A DNA stretch of 42,534 nt from Intoshia linei. Its lineage: Eukaryota; Animalia; Orthonectida. Location: NCBI GenBank assembly GCA_001642005.1, contig LWCA01000189.1, forward strand, positions 1-42,534, written 5' to 3'. Position 1 is the stretch's first letter. The number at the start of each line of letters is the position of its first letter. Position numbers and translations under genes: made by a program. Positions 23,240 to 37,600 of the stretch are shown here, piece after piece. The notes below the pieces were generated by a model, which was not told the origin of the DNA, did not search any database, and worked only from the letters and a program-made list of their open reading frames with translations.

Positions 23240-26200
23240 ATGGCCAACGAGAAAACACCACTATGTGATAAACTTGTTAATAAGGGAATAGTGGCCCAGG
23301 ACCAAGACATGGAAATTTGCAAAGAATATAAATCTTCAACCTTTGAATCTGTTTTTATATTAATGACGTCGATTGTTGGATCAGGAGTTTTAGGTTTTTT
23401 CTATTAAACGGTTATATATAATTTTACAATAGCCATGCCATATTCGCTTCGAATTTCTGGCCCAATTTATGGAATTTTTCTAATGATCTTCAGTGCCATT
23501 GCTACATGTTTTATTTTTTTGGTTCTTTTATATTAAGTTTAGCTTATTCATTGTATATTCTCATTAAAACATCAGAATCTGTTAAAACTAATTCTTATCA
23601 GGTATTTTTTTATTTTTTAAAATATGTAAAAGTGGTTAATAAATTGAATAATTTACGAGTATAGGAACTTACAGAAACGGCATATGGTAAAGTTGGATTT
23701 GTGGTTATTAGTATACTACAATTTTGTATGCCGTTAATTGGTTTGAATTATGTTATAATTTTCATTGTGTTTAGCCATGTGTAGCTACAATGTAATAATT
23801 GGAGATTCTATGCATAAAATCGTGGCTCGTTTAGTTGAAGGTGATTTTAAATATATGCAATCATGTTTAATTTCTTTAAAGTGGGTTTAAGGAGTGATAC
23901 TGACCTAAAAAATATACATATAGCTCGAGAAATATGTACTGTTAAAACCACGAGTTATATCACCCAAAAACGATACATTTTAATATAACATCTTCTAATC
24001 TATATTTACTTTTTTAATCTTATTGGCATAAGTTTTTCCAATCAAATAAGTGACGAAAAACATAATTAATATCAAAAATAGAAATAAATTATCTAAAAAT
24101 ACAATTATAATATTACCTAAATATAAGAAGGATTATTATTAATAATCTTTAATTTATCGTGTATCCCAACCTGACCTAAATATTCTAAACGTTTTTAAAA
24201 GAATATAGAAAAAGGTCAGATAAATCAGTGATTATTTTTCGTCATCTATGGATGCTAGAAGCAAAACATATCACAACCATGTAAACCAGTTGGACGTATT
24301 AATAATTTGTTTTTTACGTTTCACAAATTTATTTGAAATGACTTACAAGTCAGAAATATCAAAAATTATCACATGACGTATAAAATGTTGACCACCCTGA
24401 CCAAACGCCCAAACCAACTGAATATTGGAATCAATATATGTCATTATCTTATTATGAATCGTTAATTTGATTAGAGTCGACTATTGTTAATTTATTAGAA
24501 ATTTGTCCCATAAAATGAGACAATGTTATAATAAATTTGTATAGAAAAAAAACGTGATACAATATTTTGACTTAAAATAAATGTTATTAACACTTGTTTA
24601 CAATTATACTAAAACCAATCCGATTATTAGTATATGACCCGTATGAAAAAAGTATTTTCTTGTGATTTCAGTACAATAGTAAAAATCAGTTAATTATGTT
24701 TGTCTAATATTACGATATTCATGTTTTTGAATAGTAATGCACTACATTGATTATTTAGTTGAGTTTAGTGGTTTGAATTTACGTTTAGTGTAGTAGTTCT
24801 TAATGGTTTTTGTATAACTCACCCCTATTTTTCTATCATTACGCCTATATAATTGAATGTATGTCTGATGCGTTTCATTTACAATTTTAATTTAAAAAAA
24901 TAATCAAAATATGTATACTATACATTGTATAGTCATTTTAATAATTAATATTATTCTAATTTTTTAAATTGCAATTGACAGTTCTTATAGAACATTAAGA
25001 ATCGTGAAAAAAGACTTATATATCGTAATAATTTTGTGAATTTGATAATCTTTTGTGTTAAGTTTCGATTCCGATTAAATCGGAAATATCATCACTTGTA
25101 CTATATTGTAGTTGCACTACAATTAAAAAGGATAGTTACAATAGCAATAGTAAAAAAAAGAAATGATAAGATTTACATTTTTCTTTAATCCACAATTAAG
25201 TCATAGCTAATTTAATTTTTAATATAATCTCGACATTTGAAATGCACCCCTTTTGAAAATATTACTACATACAATTATGATTTGAACAACCAATATATTG
25301 TAATAGTTTGAAAATTATATATTGTAAATTTTAATTAAATTTTAAATTTAGGTACCAGTGCCGAATTTTTATCTAACCGTTATCTATTAATAACCATTTT
25401 TACTCTATTTACCACAATGCCATTATCAATGTACAAAAATATTAGCAAATTATCAAAGGTTAGTAAACTGTTTTACAATTTTTTTAAAAATACATGTTAC
25501 ATGTATTTTAGGAAAATTTTTACAATACCAGTAATATTAACGGCGTTTACAGAATGTTATGCGTGGTAAAGTTCTGCAAAATTTTCCGAAACACGAATTT
25601 TACAATTTCATCAATAACAGCCTTTAACTAAATCTAATCCAAAATTCGTGTTCGAGTCGTGTCGAATCGTACTTCTGGGAAGATGCAGAACTTTAATACG
25701 CAGTTATTACCCATTGCAAGTTAAAAAATATACTTTATATAAAAAATATATATTTTAAAAATAATCACGTATTTTAATTTATTCAATACAATAAACAATG
25801 TATAAAAAATAAAATCTAATTATTTCTTTTAGTGGGCCATCTTGCACATAATTATGGACGTTTTTATACTCATCTTTATTTCCATACGATTATACACCAT
25901 GGGATTTAATGTGTAATAATATTATAATTATATATATACGATATTATGTATCTAATGTAGATGAGGGGTCGGCAATCTTTTGTGTCTCGTGAGCCACTTT
26001 TTTTATCAAAAAATTGTACGGGTTTTTCAAAATTTACACATAATATATTTCAATTTTAATTAAAGAGAAATGGTACTAGTATATTCAACAAACTAAAATC
26101 CTGGGCGATTTGAAAATTCAGTAGTAAAATGATTATACTGAGTCAATTGTAGTAGAAAATATTTAAAAGTTGAAAAATCAATAATTTACATATTTACTCA

Positions 26201-29200
26201 AAAAGCCACCAAAATTATTCTTTGAGCCACTGATTACCGACCCCTGTAATATATACTATATATCAATATACTACAATGTAATTCATCCATGTTTCATAGG
26301 TGTGTGATGTAACACTTTTAAAATGTTTAAGTGTCAGGTTTATCAGATAGTATACAATTCTACAACACGGTCCAAAGCAAAATCGTGCCTAAATATTTTA
26401 AATTATTCTACTTTCTTTATCAATTTTATAGACCAAAAGATGAAAACATTTGGTCTACATCCATTCAGCTAGGAATTGTCGAAGCTTTGTCAATAACATC
26501 GCATGGTATGTCTAAGTTTAATGATAAAAATGAGGGATTGATAGACAGATCAATGGTGTAATATTAAACTTTACAAGAAACTTCAATTACGTGAACCCTA
26601 GAAATTATTAAACGTTTTTATGGCATATTTTTTTATTTTCACATAACCTATAAAGGAAAGTGTTAACGTGTTATATTTTCAATTTTTTTAAAAAGTGGGT
26701 GATATCACAGATAGGGTTGGTAAGAATTTCCTCCATGTATAATATATATGTAATTATATAAAATTTTTAGCTTACCTCTGCCATCACAATAGTTTTATCG
26801 TCTTCAATTCATTTAAAAAAAAAACAATGGCAAATTGGACACTTGTATCAAATATTGCGGTTATATCATCCTTTTTTTTGATGACTAGTCTAGCCATAGT
26901 AGGATATTCTCTGTTTGGAAGCCTAACACAAAGTAGCAAATATTTTATTTTATAGATAAAACACATATACATTCGGGGTGTTCCAAAATTTTAAAAATAA
27001 AGTCCAGGGTCGGAAAAAGTTGAGTAATTAATAAAAAATAATATTATTAAAAAAAATAATTAAATTAGATAAAAATTTGCGGAGACGCTGCCATTTTAAA
27101 GATCCCATACAAAAATGTTCTACGAAAGTAATTTTTTTCAGTACATATATGTATAGCCATAAAACTGTCATAAGCAACTTTATCCGTTCCTGAACCTTAA
27201 AATTTTCAAAAAAAGAACTAACATTCAAATCACTAAATTAGAGACCCTAATATACATATAAATAATCATAATATACTATCTTATATAAAAGTCTTTGTTT
27301 GTGTATTATATAATTATGGTATAAATCAGGCGCTCTCAATAGATCCAAATAACACTTTGAACCATGTTACTTTTTAGGGAGCTACAGCAAAACTATAAAA
27401 CTTTTTAAAATAATAATAAATTTTTAAAAAGTAAAAAATGTTAATAAAATACAATTGCTAATGGCATATTATTGGTGCATATCATTCATGGGAGTTCATA
27501 TAAACTGATTTTACGATTAGGGAACCATGATGAGAAAAAGATTGAGAACGCCTGGTATAAATAACATTTAAAATTCTAAAATGTTTTATATTATTAATAC
27601 ATATTTATAATTGTATTTTTAGGTGATTTATTTGAAAATTTTTGTATAACCGACGATTTTGCCAACGTTTCTAGGTTTATCTTTGTTGTCTCACTAACCT
27701 TTACTTATCCTTTGGAATGCTTTGTCTGTCGAGAGGTTTCATTTTTGTTAAATATAGTACACACTTGAATATTATTTATTTTGCAAAAACATTACTTATC
27801 GCTACTGAGGTCTAGTGCTTCCAGATTGAATCCAGTTGCCAGACTACTTGTTCAGGGTTCTCACTACAGGGGTAAAACTTTATACTAAAAAATATTGCTT
27901 AACCATTTAAAGACAATATAAAATTTAGTACAGTGTATTTACAAAAGTAAAATTATATCGCGGCACATACTTTGGCAAATACTACCATAAATGATATACA
28001 GTGGTTTCTGTACAATGTGAATGTCAAGGGACCGGATATTTAGAATATTCATAATAGAGTTGGTTGTACAATATGAATATGAATTAAGAATGAAGTAAAT
28101 ATTAACACAAATGTATAAGTTTTTATTTTTGCAATAGAAAATATTAGTAATAATAGTTTTTAATTTTGTTGCTATTTTCAATTTTTTCTTTTATATGATC
28201 TGGTTTCATCACAGTTAAATATGTTATCATTTCTATATTTTTCTATAGTTTCAGAAAATAATTCTTTCCATTCTTTTATTTTAGACTCGCTTACTAATTT
28301 TGATTCTCCTACAATTTTTTTTGATTTAATGGAATATCTGGTTAAAAAAACAATTGAAACAACCAGTACAGGCTTAAAATCGTTCAAATTCAAAAGACTG
28401 GCATTTTCCAGCGTTATTTCTTTCAATATATTGCCACTTATACTTATATTTAATGTCCGTTGACGTTGAAACCACGGATTCAATTTTCATAGATTTCCTT
28501 AGGCAAGGTTGCCTCATCTGATTCAAATTTGAATTATTACAATTAATAATTTCTTCACGATTTTTTAAAGACTTATCAAACCTACTGAAATTGAGTGTTT
28601 AGCGGCTAAATATTTTTGAGATCGATTTGAATATTCGTCAAACAGTTTAATCAATTTTATTTTATCTGAAATTCATATAAGCGTGAATTCATATTATACA
28701 GTATTTATATTGAACAGAAACCACTGTATACCCCAAAAATTACATCAATATACAATTCTGTATTTCTTATATCAACGTGTAGTCAGCATATCTTTAGCCG
28801 TGAAGTATCGAAAACTCACATTGTAAGATAGTGATGGCAAGACTTTTCAGTTAGTGCATCAAAAAAAATTTTTTGCTATTTTCTTTTCTCTTGTAGTTGC
28901 GTATCACTTTTAAATGATAAATAATTTTTGATATGAATTTTAACACACGTTTGAGTTAATTTTTCAGAACCATATTAAAAATATCAAATAGGCTTTTTAC
29001 GTGTCAGGCAGAATCATGTGACGCATATCATACTTTTGCCATCATTGTTATATGAGATATTGGAGACGTTATCATTTATTCTTTCGTTTGTTCAATAAAA
29101 TGACTTTTATAATGTATAAAAAGGATAAAAATACCATTAAAAGGGTAAGTTTAAAATTAAAAATATTTTTTACAAATAATAGAAGTTGGGCTCATCTTGA

Positions 29201-30330
29201 TAATTGACAGGCTATGGTACTACAAAGTTTGAACTATAAATTACATTGCTAATTTCAATTTTATTTCATAATGAAATATATTAATATTTGTGGAAATTAT
29301 AAAATATCTAAATTTTCATTATTATTTGTGATGCGTTTGTAAAAAAATGAGACAAAATTTGTCTGGTTTCTATATTTAAACGAACTAATCTATGAAATTT
29401 GCATGAAACGATAAGCACGATATTACCTGATTAAGTAATTGTATAAATGTGCGCCATTTTTAAACATAAAATGTTTACATGTTATATAATATATATCAAA
29501 GTGCGTTCGAAATCTAAATTGTTATTGGTTCAAATGTAGAAACCATACATACATGGATATTGTATAGTCTCAACTTATGTTTGAGTTATACATTTTTAGT
29601 TTTATACAGTATTCTCTCTACAACTCGCCATTAATTTAAAATATAAACTAAAAGTTTTAAAACCATTTTTCAAAATAAGTTAAGTTATTTTGTATTCAGT
29701 TACTACAATTAACATTTTATTGCAATTTAACTTTTAATTTAAAGGTTTTATCTGCTGTTTCTATACTTTTAAATTCTCTCTCTCGCCAATTTTTTCTAAA
29801 TCCCAAGAATGGCAAGTTATAGAGAGAATAGTGTATTTATATTACAAAAATATAACTTTTTTGTAAATTAATTTATAAACCCAATTAATCAAATGGTAAT
29901 TAATTTTAATAAATTTAATTTAGGTTTTGGAAATTATAATACTGCGACTAAAGATAATGGAAAAAATTAAATTTTGGGTACATATTGTTCTCACCATTTC
30001 AATTATATTTATCACTGTAATCATCAGTTTTGCGACGGACTGTCTCGGTGTTTTTCTTGAAATTAATGTAATTTTTATTTATTAATCTATATTAAATTTT
30101 AATGTTAGGGAGCCATATCAGCCGTACCAATGATATTCATATTTCCATCAATAATTTATATGAAATTATATGTAAAAAAATTGAAAGATTATCGAAATAT
30201 AATCCCATTATTTTTGGTACTATTTGGCATTTCAATTTCCTTTTCATCGTTAACCATGACTGCCATCAAAATTTGGAATGATGAGTCATGCAAGCATGGT
30301 GGAGACTTTAACTATTGTAAAGATACGTAA
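23240..30330 (+). CDS. SLC38A11: Putative sodium-coupled neutral amino acid transporter 11 (SLC38 family); ~12 exons
   Basis: Motifs SIVGSGVLAMPYS, SYQELTETAYGKVG, AMCSYNVIIGD, TMPLSMYKNISKLSK, AYLCHHNSF, DLFENFC, TYPLECFVCREVL, TDCLGVFLEINGAISAVPMIFIFPS and C-terminal CKHGGDFNYC. Confidence 0.92.
25560..25702. repeat. Nested inverted repeat (foldback) in SLC38A11 intron
   Basis: 25560-25578 pairs with 25684-25702 (17/19 Watson-Crick); 25590-25601 pairs perfectly with 25641-25652. Confidence 0.7.
25963..26246. mobile_element. hAT-type MITE family B, copy 2 (opposite orientation)
   Basis: Ends gaggggtcggcaatc / gattaccgacccctg; homologous to 11120-11392. Confidence 0.85.
27327..27554. mobile_element. 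hAT-type MITE family D (228 bp)
   Basis: TIRs caggcgctctcaat / attgagaacgcctg; perfect 8-bp TSD gtataaat at 27319-27326 and 27555-27562. Confidence 0.9.
27999..28726 (-). mobile_element. Internally deleted pogo/Tigger-family transposon (728 bp)
   Basis: TA flanks; ~24-bp TIRs cagtggtttctgtacaatgtgaat / atttatattgaacagaaaccactg. The minus strand encodes degraded psq/CENP-B HTH pieces (WFQRQRTLNISISGNILKE) and IFNCDET (first catalytic D); the rest is deleted. Confidence 0.88.
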
Positions 30331-30595
30331 ATTATTATTAAATTTTATTTTACATTTGTATTTTAATTTGCAAAAAATTTAGAATTAACAATGTAAAATA
30401 GTGCACAACGACGTTATTGCACACTTGAAAATATGAAATATGTTTACAATTTTAGTGACTTTACTAACATTTTTGTCTATTTTGTGTCAAATACAAAACA
30501 GTAACACATTAATTTTATATTACACTGTACAACAAATTTTAGACAAACTCAGTGAAACTTTCGCTATATGTAAGTGAACTAGTTACTAGTTGTTA

Positions 30596-31062
30596 CAGTG
30601 GTGCCCAAATAGGGGCTTGTCCCCACCAGGGGGCCTACAGAGTCTGAGGGGGGCCGCAGATTTAAAAAAAATTTAAAATTGAATTAGAATCGTTAACATA
30701 AATTTGATTTAGTATTTGATATTTAATTAATATATTCTTGAAATTCTGATTCATTTTTGATTATAATAAATTTAAATGTTATTAACCCTTACGAGACAAT
30801 AACACGTATATAAACAAAATATAACAATCATAACTTTACAATTGTTTATATACTAAACCTTAGTAACTAGGGTGTCAACTATATTAAAGTATGATTTATA
30901 ACGAAAAAAAATCCAGTAATATTAATATTAAAAGATAACATTTTTTTAATCGCTGTTATAATAATATAATAAAAATATTCACTATTTTGTACTAATTGAT
31001 CTTCTCTAAAAATATTTGTATACTGTTATGGGGGTGGCAATATATTTTTTTGGGAACTACTG
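30596..31062. mobile_element. hAT-type MITE (GC-rich left subterminus)
   Basis: Ends cagtggtgcccaaa / tttgggaactactg. Right flank aactagta resembles aactagtt at 30577-30584, which is offset from the left end. Confidence 0.7.
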
Positions 31063-31232
31063 AACTAGTATACATCTCTTTAAAAAAACCTAGTATACAC
31101 CTGTATAAAAAAAAATCATTAATTATTTAATTACCTTAATTAATTATCTCTAGATTTGGCGCAACATCGAAAAACTAAATAAAATCAAAATTTTCTGGAT
31201 TAATTACTAACAATAACTAGTAATAACTAAAC

Positions 31233-31611
31233 CAGTGGTTCTCAACCCGTGTTCCGCGAAATTTAATTGGTATTCCGTGAAATATAAATGCGATATTTTT
31301 CAATTTAATGTTTTTCCAAATTACTGTTGTTTTTAATTTTAATTTTACATAAATATATTCTTTAATAAGAATTAAATATATAAAACCTCTGTGAAAAATA
31401 TCAAACCTAAATTTCTCATTGAGAAGGAAAAATACATTTCATTATTAAAAAAATTATGTTTTCAATGTTGGAAGCGTAATTTTTTAATTAAAAATCAAAT
31501 TGTTTTATATATGCGACATGCGAAAAAAAAATTTTGATCATGCTTTTAGGTGCCGCGATTTTTTGAAATTTCATAAGGGTTTCGCGCAGTAAAAAAGGTT
31601 GAGAAACACTG
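31233..31611. mobile_element. hAT-type MITE family C, short copy (379 bp)
   Basis: TIRs cagtggttctcaacc / ggttgagaaacactg; perfect 8-bp TSD aactaaac. Confidence 0.93.
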
Positions 31612-32620
31612 AACTAAACTAATTTTCAACTCTACATATAAGATAAAGTGTCCAGAAAAAACGTATTATTATTTTTAATGTATTTGGTGATAAATGATAA
31701 GTCAAAACTACTTATATATGATGATGAATAAAAATTTATTTCAAATAAACTATAAGTTATAGTACGTATTTTTCTAGCCTCTTTATATAAGAAAAACTCA
31801 AAAGCTGTTCTAACAGAACGTTTACTTACATTACTTACTTGTTATTACATTTTACTAATTGGCATGATATTCATCCGTATATCCACAATTAATAATACCG
31901 TTATTAAATCATCCCGATACATAAAGTTATTTACATTTTTAGTTCATGTCACAAAACTTAAACGTCTATTAATTACATTATAATTATCATTGCTAATCGT
32001 TTACTTAATTTTGCGTGCAACGTTTCAGCATTATTTATAATACAATACATTTAAATTAGTATAAGTATTTTCTACCAATCACAATTAGGCGCTTGTTTTA
32101 AATGTCAACTATTAATACATGTGAAAATGTGCTAATTATTTGTAGTGATAATCAACAAATTAAAATATCTGCTAAATGATTGAGAATAATGATCGAATTT
32201 TCAAAAGCAAAATGATACTTGATCAACAGAAATCATTATCGTAATTATTTTATTAGCATTACTTTAAATTTGTCAAAAATTTATTCACATCTAAATACAA
32301 TTAATTCTTAATTGGTCAAAGAAAATGGTTACAAATGAGACATATAGGTAAATTATGCATTAATTATACATTTATATTTAAAATTATCAATAATTTCAGC
32401 GATGCTCAAATTTTTTCTGGTTGAATAACGGGTACTCTGATTTAATTTTTTCAAATTACTTTTTATAATTCACAGCAATTTTTATAATTATAATACTAAA
32501 TTATAATTACACTAATTGTATTATATTAAAATGGACTGTCGCTTTAATTTTGAGAAACAATGGTTTATAGTTAGTTTGGGAATATTGAAAATTTTAAAAT
32601 AATATACCTTTAGACATGAA

Positions 32621-34598
32621 ATGAGCACCTCAATTGTAATTTCAAACGTAAAAAAGGACATTACCAAGGTAAAAATTCAAGCAAAATAATTTTAATATAA
32701 ATACATTATTAGGAGCACGTTAAAGAATTTTGTGGTAAATATGGAAAAATACAATACATCACAAAGCTAGTTCCATCAATGTTTGAAACAAATTGTAATA
32801 TATGGTAATTTTTCAATCATTGCATTTTTGTATATTCAAACGGTAAACGGAGAATTTGTCCAAACAATATATCTAAAAGTTTCGCATCCTATAAATGTGT
32901 AATGTGTCATTTTACAAAGCAGATATGCTCAATGTACGGGCTGCTATACTCCCAAATCGGCACCACATTACAAAAAATAGCTAAATGTCATTGTGTTTGG
33001 CTTGGACGATTCAATAAGATTAACCCTTAAAAATCCTCTAAAATGTGACCCGTGTCAGTGGAAATTTTTACAATACAATCATCAGAAGACACCAAGTGTT
33101 TATCCATTATAATGGGTTATAATTATACATACATGGAAGTTAAAACTAAAGTTTTATTTGACATTATTGATGAATATAAAATTTACACGATTTCACCAAA
33201 TCATGAGCAACAACTTCCTAATTTAAAACCCAAAATAAAAAATTCGATTATACCAAATCTTATGAGCAACTACTTCCTATCAAAATCTAATTTTATCATC
33301 CCGTAATGGAAAAATCCCCTTTTTCCAATATTTTTTTCAAAAACATAATTTTACCAAATCTTATGAGAAAAAACCTTAATTTTTTCATAAATTTTTTATA
33401 TTTTATGTTTCAAATCAAAAAAAATATATTTTGAGATGGGGTCCGTACACTGTTTCAATCTGGAACGACTGGCTTAGTTATAAATATTATAATTATTTAA
33501 TCTTGTAAAATAAATTATGCGGATACATTTTCTGTATAAAAATTGTCCGTATGTCAGTTAAACAGCCCCAAAGTTTCACTACGTCCCTTGTTACATGAAA
33601 AAATTGAAAATATTAACATTAATAATAAAAATTTAGTCAAATTAAATATTCTACTGTCAAGGAATGTATCGATGCCTTGTGTGCTATGCATACTATTCCA
33701 TTTCTCTGGAATCGTAATCAACCGTTATATATAGAACATTTAAATAAAGGATCTAAACATTTAAAGAAAGAACCTGAAGAAATGGGTTGCAGAAAAGTAG
33801 AAAAATCTTATGAAGTATGTTTATTTATATTCATAAAATGATTGCCCGTTTAATTAATAATTATACAACTTTCGGGGTTTTTATCACATAAATAAATTAC
33901 TTGGCTAAAATATATTGATATATTATATTATATAGGAAATAAATTTAATTAAAACACGGAAAAGTACCGTATTGTTAATAAAAAACAAAGTAAAAATGAT
34001 TATTCAGGTAGTTATTGCAATGGAAACAAAAAAAGTATCAAAATCCCTGACAATGTGACAAAATACCAGAATATTTATTCTAATAATCAGACGAATAAAA
34101 ATGAGAATACTAACAAGATTACCACAAACATTAAAAGTACTTGTAAGGATCAAGCAACTAAATCATATAAGGAATATGAATATTTTACTGATTGTTTGCC
34201 TAAAATTGAAAAGAAAGATATAAATTTAAAAATTGGTTCACGCATGCATCTAAAACCTCAGCATATCGGTAAAAACAATGTGGTGTATTGTTCATTACAG
34301 GATATGCCAGAATATTTAATGGTTGGAGATATTAAACATTTAAAAAGAAACCACAAAAAGTTAAGAAACTTATTTTTCCATGATCTTCAAATCGGTCAAA
34401 AAGCACTCCATGTGCACAAGGGTGAAGTTTATAGAGTCTTGATTGAAACTGAAAATATGGTGTTGACACAAGAAAATATTTTTTTATTCAATTCAATTAT
34501 AAATCATTTTTTAATCAATTGTTAACACATTGGTTATCGAAATTTTAGATACTTCAGAAATTTTTCAACATTACCTATTAATAAATTAAAAAAGTAGA
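32621..34598 (+). CDS. RRM-domain gene (paralog 1) followed by a Tudor-like segment; 3' part appears disrupted
   Basis: Exons 32621-32668, 32713-32804 and 33637-33814 give MSTSIVISNVKKDITKEHVKEFCGKYGKIQYI..ICQIKYSTVKECIDALCAMH..LYIE (RRM pattern). ORF 34055-34525 has VVYCSL..LQIGQKALHVHKGEVYRVLI. I could not join it to the RRM in frame. Confidence 0.55.
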
Positions 34599-34604
34599 TT
34601 CCTC

Positions 34605-37600
34605 ATGATTGTAGTCCGGACATATGACCCCTGTACACATCTCCACGGCGCTGCCCTTGTATATACAATGTATATTATACATATGTAAAGTAGACTATGT
34701 ATTTTACTTAAATCACACATTGTAGTCGTTAATTGCTCTTCTGTGGGTTTACAAGCTCATCTTGCAATGGATATTGGCTAAATGGTCTTACTTGTACACG
34801 TAATTATCAATTAATGATTTTATTTCTACATTATATTTTTTTACTTACGATTTACATAGCTACTTCCAGTAGTACAATTGCTAGCACAATAATCTCATCA
34901 GACGAATGTGAAGGATATCATAATAGAATTTGGATTTTAGACCAATGCCTTGAAAGTAATGTTAAATTAAATTGTACAATTATATTTTTTGGAACGTCAT
35001 ATTTAATACATTAATTATAAATAAAGATTGGAATGGAGTCGATGAAAGTCGACTAAATTATGTTCCAAGCATTTCCAAGATTAATCAACAAATCTTTTAG
35101 CGTAGAATATTATATGGGATTACGGTGCTGCTAACTTGTCAAGGTCTTTTGAGTCTGCGATTTTTCTAGCTTCCTGAGTAGCAATTTCTTTCGGTCTATC
35201 TCTATTTCTGTATTCAGATAATTTTTGTTTGCCATTGGCAGGTGATGTTTCATTTTTTATTTCACTTGTGGCCACATTAGAAGTTTTTATAGAATTTTCA
35301 TTGGTAAAATCATTTGAATCTTTACTAGACCAGCGTTTTTTTATGGGGTAATTAATTTTTTTCGAGTTTAAATCTCCAACTGTAACGATTGATAACTCCG
35401 ACAATGCTTGTTTTAACCATCCAGTGAAATAATGTAATATCCCAGTTAAGAATGTTAGATGTCAGAACAAAAATATTGTCCAGTTCCTTTGTATATTCTC
35501 AGTGATGGCAACCCAATAAAATGACGCGTTTTAATTTTGAAATTATTTTAGGAAAATATTTTCTGGCGATTTTTAAAGAAAAAATTTTTAATGAAACCTC
35601 CTCCTTTAAATTAAAACCAAAGTTAAAGTTTATATCTTTTTGAAACAAAAAAGTAAAATATTTTCAATGGGATGAACGTACCTGGATTTCAACCCTACTA
35701 AGTGAGCCTTTTTTCATCACGGATTCTATTTCTTGTAGAGTTTAATTATTAACAAGCGAACACATTTTTGTTGTCAATTATAGAGGTGCACTGCAATAGT
35801 TCTTAAACATTTTTGTGTAAGGTGTAACTCTTGATGAATTATAAAAATGAACGAACCTTATTTTTAAAATGTAGACTAGTTTGTCCAAATTGAACATTTA
35901 AAAAACTAACATTTTTGAATATCAATATTTTACGTTTCAAATTTAAAATTTCAATCCAGACCTGTAGAATGATGGCCAGAGCTATATCGCATTAAATTAA
36001 AACTAATAAAATAAATTTATACTATACATTGTATAGCCGTGATTTGTGGTGGAACTGTTTGAATAGACGATCTTGCTATAGGTTGTGGACATGCATAAGA
36101 AACCGATTGCACTGGTAAATTTTAATGATAAAAAAATAATTTGTCATAGTTCTGGATTGTCATAACCTTGCTACATTGAATACAGCTTTATTATGTAATG
36201 CATGTACTAACAGGTAATACATTGCTGGTACCAGGTGCGTAGGTAAATACAATTTTTAGTTTTAAATAATTATTATGAGCTAATGTCTTGTGTATTATAT
36301 GTATTAATATCTTCAATCAGTGATTGACTGTCTAATTGACCAACTTGAAAACTCAAGAAGCTTTCATTTTAATTGGATAATCTTTTTTTAATTTTCTAAG
36401 TCTATTAATTATTGGATATTTTTTATTTTACTTACTACAATGTATTAATTTTCTTAATGTGTAATGTAATGTATTAATTTTCTGAATGTGAAAGGTAAAT
36501 GGGTACACAAATGGATAGACATTTTTAACAATTTTTTCTGCTTTAAAATGATAATTCAGGATTTAATGATGATTTCAGCTAAATTTTACATTTTATAAAA
36601 TAGTAGTATTTAAACTACGCTTGAGTTACGTATAGACTCAAGTCACGTGATTAGTTTTATTATATTTTCAAGAAATGAGATAACCTGGTTTTCAGCAGCA
36701 TCAATTAACCTTTGTTTTCAAAACAATTACCCGAATTTTTTAATTGATTATAGACAATGAGTGTATAATTTTAAAAACAATTTAATTATAGATACAATTC
36801 TAAAAAATAAATAAATAATTTTGTTTTTTCCAATTTGACCTAATTTCTGAAAAAAAATTTCAATAAAACCTCACTCTCGAAAAACTGTATTAGAAATTGT
36901 GTTTTTTTAATTTCGAGTAATCAATTCCAATTCCCAACCACTTAATATTTTAAATAAAACTGTTAGACAGCAGTCCACTGTAATATATTTAGTGTGTATG
37001 CCAAATTGTCTGGAATCTTTGGATGGCGTTTCTTACCAGCTTTGTAAGGATACTACTTGTTATGATGATAAAATCAAAATTTGCTTGGATAATATTGCAT
37101 TTATAGCATCAATAATAATATAATAACTAATAACAATATTATAATAGTTACTATTATAATTATATATATTAGACTGTCTCAGCCAATGCAATACATGTAT
37201 AGATTCCAAATCGTGTTTGAAGTGTATCAATGGAACGATGTGAGATAAAACTACACTCACCTGCAAAAGTAAGATAAATTAATAGACTCAAATAGAATAA
37301 ACTGTATTGTTTTATGAATGTGGAAATAGTTGTAAAGAATGTTTGGATAATAATACATGTTTGAAATATGACGATTATTCTTATATAGACACAACATTGA
37401 AGTCACCAATCTGCACAAGTATATTCATATGTGTATTCAGGGTCGTATACTAGTGACATTAGGCCCACGTCAGATGAAAAAATTCGGCTGTACAATACTT
37501 TTTTGTTTGTTTTGTTTTATTATAAGTATACATCTTCATTTTTGATACATTATAATCGGTCTAGTCATTTTCCCAGGTGTTTAAATAATTACATACTATA

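Noticed and set aside
26970-27253. Possible TA-flanked mariner-type MITE
   Set aside because: Terminal similarity (attcggggtgttcc vs attagggtctct) is too weak to call.
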